NCBI RefSeq assembly: GCF_000002075.1
Contig: NW_004797857.1
Span: 71,421 to 135,420, forward strand
DNA: 64,000 nt
Direction: 5' to 3'
Source: Aplysia californica
Taxonomy: Eukaryota
Shown: one piece after another, positions 58,608 through 64,000 of the stretch
Position numbering within the stretch: position 1 is the first letter of the stretch
Layout: each line of letters begins with the position of its first letter
Made by a program: the position numbers and the translations under genes
Notes under the pieces: generated by a model
Database searches by the model: none
What the model was told of the DNA's origin: nothing
Seen by the model: only the letters and a program-made list of their open reading frames with translations

Positions 58608-58693
58608 TATAAGGAAAAAATATAATCTAATGACTGAAAAAGACAACATGAAAAGAGAACTCCACAACAGTAGCTTCATCAACTAGGACAAAC

Positions 58694-58778
58694 TGCACCC
58701 TGTCAGTCATACATCAAACATATGCCCGCCACAAGTTTGGAGCATGTGTTGTCATAGGGACTGAATAATGCAGGTGCA
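58694..58778 (-). promoter_or_regulatory. SECIS element in the 3' UTR of the MIEN1/SelW2-like gene
   Basis: Minus strand: UCAGUC-ccu-AUGAC-AACACAUGCUC-C-AAA-CUUGUGGC-GGGCAUAUGUU-UGAU-guau-GACUGA. AUGA/UGAU quartet, 11-bp helix II with one mismatch, apical AAA, 6-bp helix I, outer UGCACCUG/CAGGGUGCA helix. Confidence 0.85.
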
Positions 58779-59280
58779 ATATGTGAAAGCCAAGGAAACT
58801 TTGCTGTTAGAAGAGTTCCCTCATTGTAGCTGTCAGCACAAAAGGAAACCCAACATCTGAGGCATTATTTGGATGGAACAAACTTGAATAAAAGGCAAAT
58901 CCTCAAATTTACATAATTTGATGCAGATGCGAAAAAAGATGTACCTGTACCATCTTCCCAAACAGGAACATGCCACCTAAATTCACAGGCTTATTTCTAT
59001 TTAAAAAACACAGACAGGCCACTTCTGTTCACATTGTCGAACAGGCCTGAACTCTGAATATTTAGCTGAAATATTTTCTTTGCTTTCTCACTGCTGGTGA
59101 TATTTTTATGTACTCCAATGAATAACCTAAACAAGTCCACAGAAGAAGCGGGATATTGCTAAAAAGTCAATAGAGCTACATCGGAGCAATAAGACAGGCT
59201 GCCTCATGATGGCAAAGACTTGGGTAGGCAACAAAGTGCTGGTTCCTTTTGCGTTGAGGAGTGACATCCCTCACTGGCAG

Positions 59281-59361
59281 CTACAGAATGGCACAAGAGC
59301 TCTTGGACTCGGTGATCAGCCGGACCTCACCCTTTTGGGCCATGCGGATGCTCTCAATGAC
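59281..59361 (-). CDS. MIEN1: Last coding exon of MIEN1/SelW2 (Rdx-family) homologue: VIESIRMAQKGEVRLITESKSSCAIL*
   Basis: Acceptor ctcttctacag|GTC; peptide aligns with the recalled human MIEN1 C-terminus [27 protein letters not shown]; C-terminal CaaX (CAIL); upstream exons lie beyond the window end. Confidence 0.8.
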   Translation of the reverse strand, partial: VIESIRMAQKGEVRLITESKSSCAIL

Positions 59362-59886
59362 CTGTAGAAGAGAGCAATTAGTTATATGGTTACATACTGG
59401 AAGGAACAAACACAGTAAAGGTACAAGACGAAAACAGTAGAACTTGCTCACCAAGCACTGTCGTTATTAGCCATTTGCTTCTTGATATTAATACAATGAC
59501 TTATAACTGTAATCCTTACTAACTTGAAATGAGTAACTCCTATTATAATATAATGTAAAGCGCATAGAGCCTGCTGTTGAGCGGGGATATGCGCTTTACA
59601 AATGCTATTTATTATTAATATTATTATTATTATTAACCTATGGTACATGTAGTGGTAAAATGTTACTGTGGAAAAATAAAATGGTCCAAACAGGATACCA
59701 ACTAAAGTGACTACAACTACAGTAGTCTCGGCCTAAACAACTTTTGCAACAACCAAGACAGCGCGCATCTTATGAGAAAAGTCTAGACAACCAAATATAA
59801 AAATTCGGCAAAGACTGCTCCTCACACAGTGACCACAGCACAATGAAAACGATGAAGGGGTGTTTTCATACCCTGCCGTCCACAGA

Positions 59887-60306
59887 CACGGTGGAATCAG
59901 GCTGTCGTCAATTTTGGGGCATCTAGAGTTATTGGTATCATCTTAAAGCTTGTTCATTTGTCTTGCTTTGGGTGAAAAAAAAAATCACTTTATCTTGAAT
60001 AGAAGTCGAGATATGTCGGATTGAAGGAGGTAAGGTCACCTGGTTTCAGAGGTAAAATTAGTGAGAAAATGGCCGCCAAAGATGACTTATGTCCTTAGAA
60101 TGAGAGGCCGTGGAAACTTGAAAATTTACATTTTTTGTGCCTTCAAACATTGTTTTTCGGTAAAATCCACACAGAAAAGTGTTCTTTATTGGGCAGGAAA
60201 GGTTTTGAGCCCATAAAACAAATTAAAATTCGATAATTCATAAACCTGAGGAAAAATGCCAGTTTCTACACTTTGAGTATTTTGACGAGCGCCCGATTTC
60301 ACCACG
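59887..60306 (-). mobile_element. MITE copy in the last intron of the MIEN1-like gene
   Basis: Ends CACGGTGGAATCAGGCTGTCGTCAA / TTGACGAGCGCCCGATTTCACCACG; homologous to 56827-57260. Confidence 0.6.
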
Positions 60307-60859
60307 CTGCCTCACCTATCTGTAAGATTGGGAGAGCAATATTATTACATGTATTACCTGTCCTGGGCAACGTCATTGCACACCAAACAGGTCCATAAGG
60401 GGTAAGCAATATGTTTGGGTGCTTAAAATTGCCTTTTGAAATGCATCCTCGAGGTTGAGGGAAGGTCTCGAATTGGTCACTGACTCTAATGTTTAGGCTA
60501 ATGATGGGCGATACACATGAATGAATGCTGTAGAGCACTAGATAGTCCTAGCATTAACGATTTAGTAAAGTGATCAGCTGAGCTCAAAGAACTTATTGTA
60601 CGTGTTCAATGAATCACAAGAGGATAGTCTCTCTGAATGTCTGAAGTAATCCACGCATTTGCCGAGTTGCAAGAGAACAGGCTTTCGGGGGTGGTCACTT
60701 TTTTGAAAATCACGTGTCTGAGTGCTCTTCTCTGTCACCAACAGTTTCCTTTTATCTGTTATTTACATCATGTACAGTGAGTTGGTCTGTCTGCTTTTTC
60801 CCCACCACCTCATTTGAGCACTATTGTAGACATAAAACTGTGATTGGAGAATCCTTTAT

Positions 60860-61530
60860 CTGTCCCCGTAGCCGCGGCCGCGTTTTTTCGTGTAATTCTG
60901 CAACATTTGCATAATTTTTTATTCTCCGCGTTTTTTCACGTTTTTTTCCTTTTCTTTCCCAAAACAATTAATTAACGCCCCGCCATGTGACTAAAGGGAA
61001 GTAGCCACCGTAATAAGTCTCATTTAAGTGAAAAGTTGGTTATTTTCCTTGTTAGAAGATCTTGGTTATGGGTTGAGATTTTGTTCCTTGAGCATGTTCA
61101 ATTTTTCAATCCATCAAAAGTTGTTGTTCTCATGTCTGCTGATGTTTCATTTTTGACAGGCGTCCCTGGTTTTAGTAATGTGCCAGCATCAGAGGTCCAG
61201 ATGTCTTTTTTAAAAAAAACATTTCTCTTTCCTCTCTATAGATCTAGATCTACAGCTGAAAGTAACAGAGATTATATTTTTTTTATTGTTTTTTTTTTTT
61301 TAAACTGATGTGTATTGTTTTCTTTTCCAAATACACAACGAATTACTGATACTGATATGTTCTGTTTTCAATTTTTCTGTACATAAAACATGAAAATCAT
61401 GAAACTTCGTGTTGAAAAAGTGCAAAACATGTCGTGAATGGTGTTACGGTAACTTGCATAATTTTTGCATAATTTTGCCTTTTTTGGGGCAAATTTGGCC
61501 TTCTAAATTTGCATAATTTTACGGGGACAG
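60860..61530. mobile_element. MITE with CTGTCCCCGT TIR and 6-bp TSD
   Basis: CTTTAT|CTGTCCCCGTA...TACGGGGACAG|CTTTAT; repeated TTGCATAATTTT. Confidence 0.78.
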
Positions 61531-61937
61531 CTTTATAAAACAGTCTCATTTCGTTTCCGTTGTTTTACAGTCCCCTTCAATCGGCGTTGTACAAATTATA
61601 GAGTGAGTGTTCCTTGAGAGTCTGTGTCAGCTTTGTGACCAGATACCACCCCCCCCTCCCTTTCACACACACACCCGCATGAGGTACCCTAACAGTAATC
61701 ACTAACATATATAATCACAGAAATGAGATGGCTGTGTCCCACACTCTCCCCTTCGCACAGGTTCAAGTAAACATGCATTCTGAGCAATTGCCTCCTTTGG
61801 AGCCCTCCTGAGCACCACGTGTTTAGGCGAAGACTACGGAGGTACCATCATATATAATTTGTTTATCACATGTCTTAACATTTTTACTACATATATATTT
61901 ATTTCAGATTATTAGCTTTTCTCATAACTTCTTACTG

Positions 61938-63536
61938 CAGGGTCCCCACCATATCCTGGAAATTTTTTCAAGACCCCAAGTCAAGGGAAAAATTAGGTCG
62001 CTGCGTGTCAAGAATGATCCCCCAAAAAGCCCATCTGTCAATGACAAAAACTCAAAATGTCTTTAAATGAATGCAAATGTACATTTTGTAGTATAGTCTT
62101 CAAACAATAGATGATTATGATGCTGGATGACTGCCAACCCAGCTTCTCAATTTTCCAAGGGAGGGGCCTCATCCATTTTCCAGGGGCGTGTTACATAACA
62201 ATGACAGCACGTGCTCCATTTATATCTAATATATGTATGTTTGTGAATACACACACACACACACATGTAGGTACACTATATACAGTCAACAACATGTCAG
62301 TGTGGTACTGGGATCTTGAGAGACTTTGGTATTTCAGTCTGTTCTTACTTATTTATATTTTCCCCTCATCATTATTAGCCTACATAAACTATAGGCCCTA
62401 TTAAAAAATTAATCCTGTTGTGAGCCTGAGAAAAGACCTAGAACTAGAATATCAACTGTCAATAACCAGTCTGGGTGTCATGATTCATATAACTAACGTG
62501 AAGACGAAAATTATTGCTCAAACTCAAAGTAGAGTAATAATATAAGTGTAATACATGTAACTTGAATGGCTCAAGTAGACCTATTCAGTGCGAGAGGTGT
62601 AAGAACTGAGGGAGAGCATTGCAGTGACACTGAAAATCTGCCAATCTTGAACAGAAGGCTAAAATATAAATTACAATCACCCCATCCAATGAAACGCGAA
62701 CGCTTTAGTTCAATAACAAGGCATGACGGATCCCGATTCTACACAACGCCCGCACCAACGCGCGCTTTGCAGAGAGCTCTTATAGTAAGCTAGTTCTCAA
62801 AATTCTAAATACTAAAAATTTGCTTCCAAGTTAAGTTTTTGACCTCTAGCGTTGCTTTCAGCTCCCCCCCCCATCATCCCCTTCCCTGAATGTATCTTTT
62901 AAAAAAAAGCAATACCCCCCCNNNNNNNNNNNNNNNNNNNNNNNNNNNNNNNNNNNNNNNNNNNNNNNNNNNNNNNNNNNNNNNNNNNNNNNNNNNNNNN
63001 NNNNNNNNNNNNNNNNNNNNNCCCCCCCGGAGTCCTATACTATACTTCACAGCGATCAGACCGCCGGTACTCACACTCACAGGTTCATTGACCGGTCACG
63101 ATGGCGAACGTGACAAGACGCTTGTAGAACTTTCTTTTCTTTTCTCACAAGTGTCAGCAGAGGACACGTTTTTAATATTGATTTATTTTCAAGGCGACAC
63201 AGCGTTCGTAATGCACAACCTGCATGTTACAAAAAGTTGCGTTATAATCTATCAGACTTATTACCGGGAAATTTCTGGGTGGTAACGAAAGTGAAAGTAG
63301 TTCTTGATTCTTCCCGACCGAGCCTCGGTGTCACACATACACTTCCGCCACAGCGGTTCAATTTCGTTTCCTCTTCATGATTCATCAACCACACTGTCTC
63401 GATAGCTACACTACTAATATTACACAGGCCCTATCCTTTCCCGACATACCGACCCATCACAAAATTCCCGACTTTTTCCCGATCTATCTAAAAATTCCCG
63501 ACTTTTTCCCGATTTCCCGACCAGGTGGGGACCCTG
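61938..63536. mobile_element. hAT-like non-autonomous element with 6-bp TSD
   Basis: Perfect 13-bp TIR CAGGGTCCCCACC / GGTGGGGACCCTG; TSD TTACTG on both sides; TTCCCGA subterminal repeats. Confidence 0.8.
62922..63021. other. Assembly gap
   Basis: N run. Confidence 1.
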
Positions 63537-64000
63537 TTACTGTTCCTGTTGGTAGTGTTGCTCTTTTCTCCCCTTCTATTCTTTAGCACAATTCATTCAA
63601 ACTGTTCTCCCCCTCATAAGTTATAACTATAACATGGTAAACCAATGTAATCTATCAATCAATGCATCTGAACAAGTACAAAACATGATGTCTTCAAAAG
63701 CATTCGTCCTTGTTTGGTTTGAGTCCTACTAGAACTAAAGATAGAGAAAGAAAGTGATGCGAGGTTAAAACAAATATATTAATTTCCCACATTTTTAAAT
63801 CACCTTTTCGATGCTCCTTTATTATGACAACTTATTTGATTAATCTAATGGTTGACCTATGCGTTGTAAATTCTTTCTATGGCGGTCAATGTTAATAGCA
63901 TTTTACAAGATCTTCACATTACTTTTCAACCCCCAAATCCATTGAGAGTCTTCACAAGCATGCTGACGTGTATGTACGGCACATGAGATCACGCAAGTAA

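Noticed and set aside
59281-59361. G-protein gamma or Ras/Rheb identity for the CAIL-ending exon
   Set aside because: Lacks the NPF motif of G-gamma and fits the MIEN1 C-terminal pattern (IE.IR.A..GE....IT.S...C.IL); the SECIS also fits an Rdx-family gene.
59400-64000. Upstream MIEN1 exons, including the Sec codon
   Set aside because: Searched by eye for CxxU/C-GY and FE...NG...FSKL patterns on the minus strand and found none; they presumably lie beyond the window.

Overview
AT-rich, intron-rich animal genomic DNA with four assembly gaps; the abundant (TAGATC)n motifs and repeat types suggest a gastropod mollusc (inference). Four protein-coding genes can be reconstructed from splice sites and reading frames. 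(1) The first two coding exons of an unconventional myosin (- strand, ATG 5029), whose second intron opens with a perfect U12-type donor, GTATCCTTT. (2) A complete 10-exon PRPF18 gene (+, 7780-21531, 346 aa, all introns phase 0), head-to-head with the myosin. (3) A 7-exon, about 2,900-aa ZNF318-like gene (+, 26601-47895) with an RS-rich region, two matrin-type zinc fingers, coding minisatellites and phase-compatible alternative last exons. (4) The last exon of a MIEN1/SelW2 (Rdx-family) gene (-, 59281-59361) ending in a CaaX box; its 3' UTR carries a canonical SECIS element (58694-58778), predicting a prenylated selenoprotein. Introns and intergenic DNA are packed with non-autonomous DNA transposons, including a triple-nested insertion, TTAA- and TA-flanked MITEs, several elements with 6-bp target duplications and a Helitron-like array. 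There is also a decayed THAP/P-type transposase, an RTE fragment and tRNA-derived SINEs. Gene names rest on my recollection of reference protein sequences, not on database searches.
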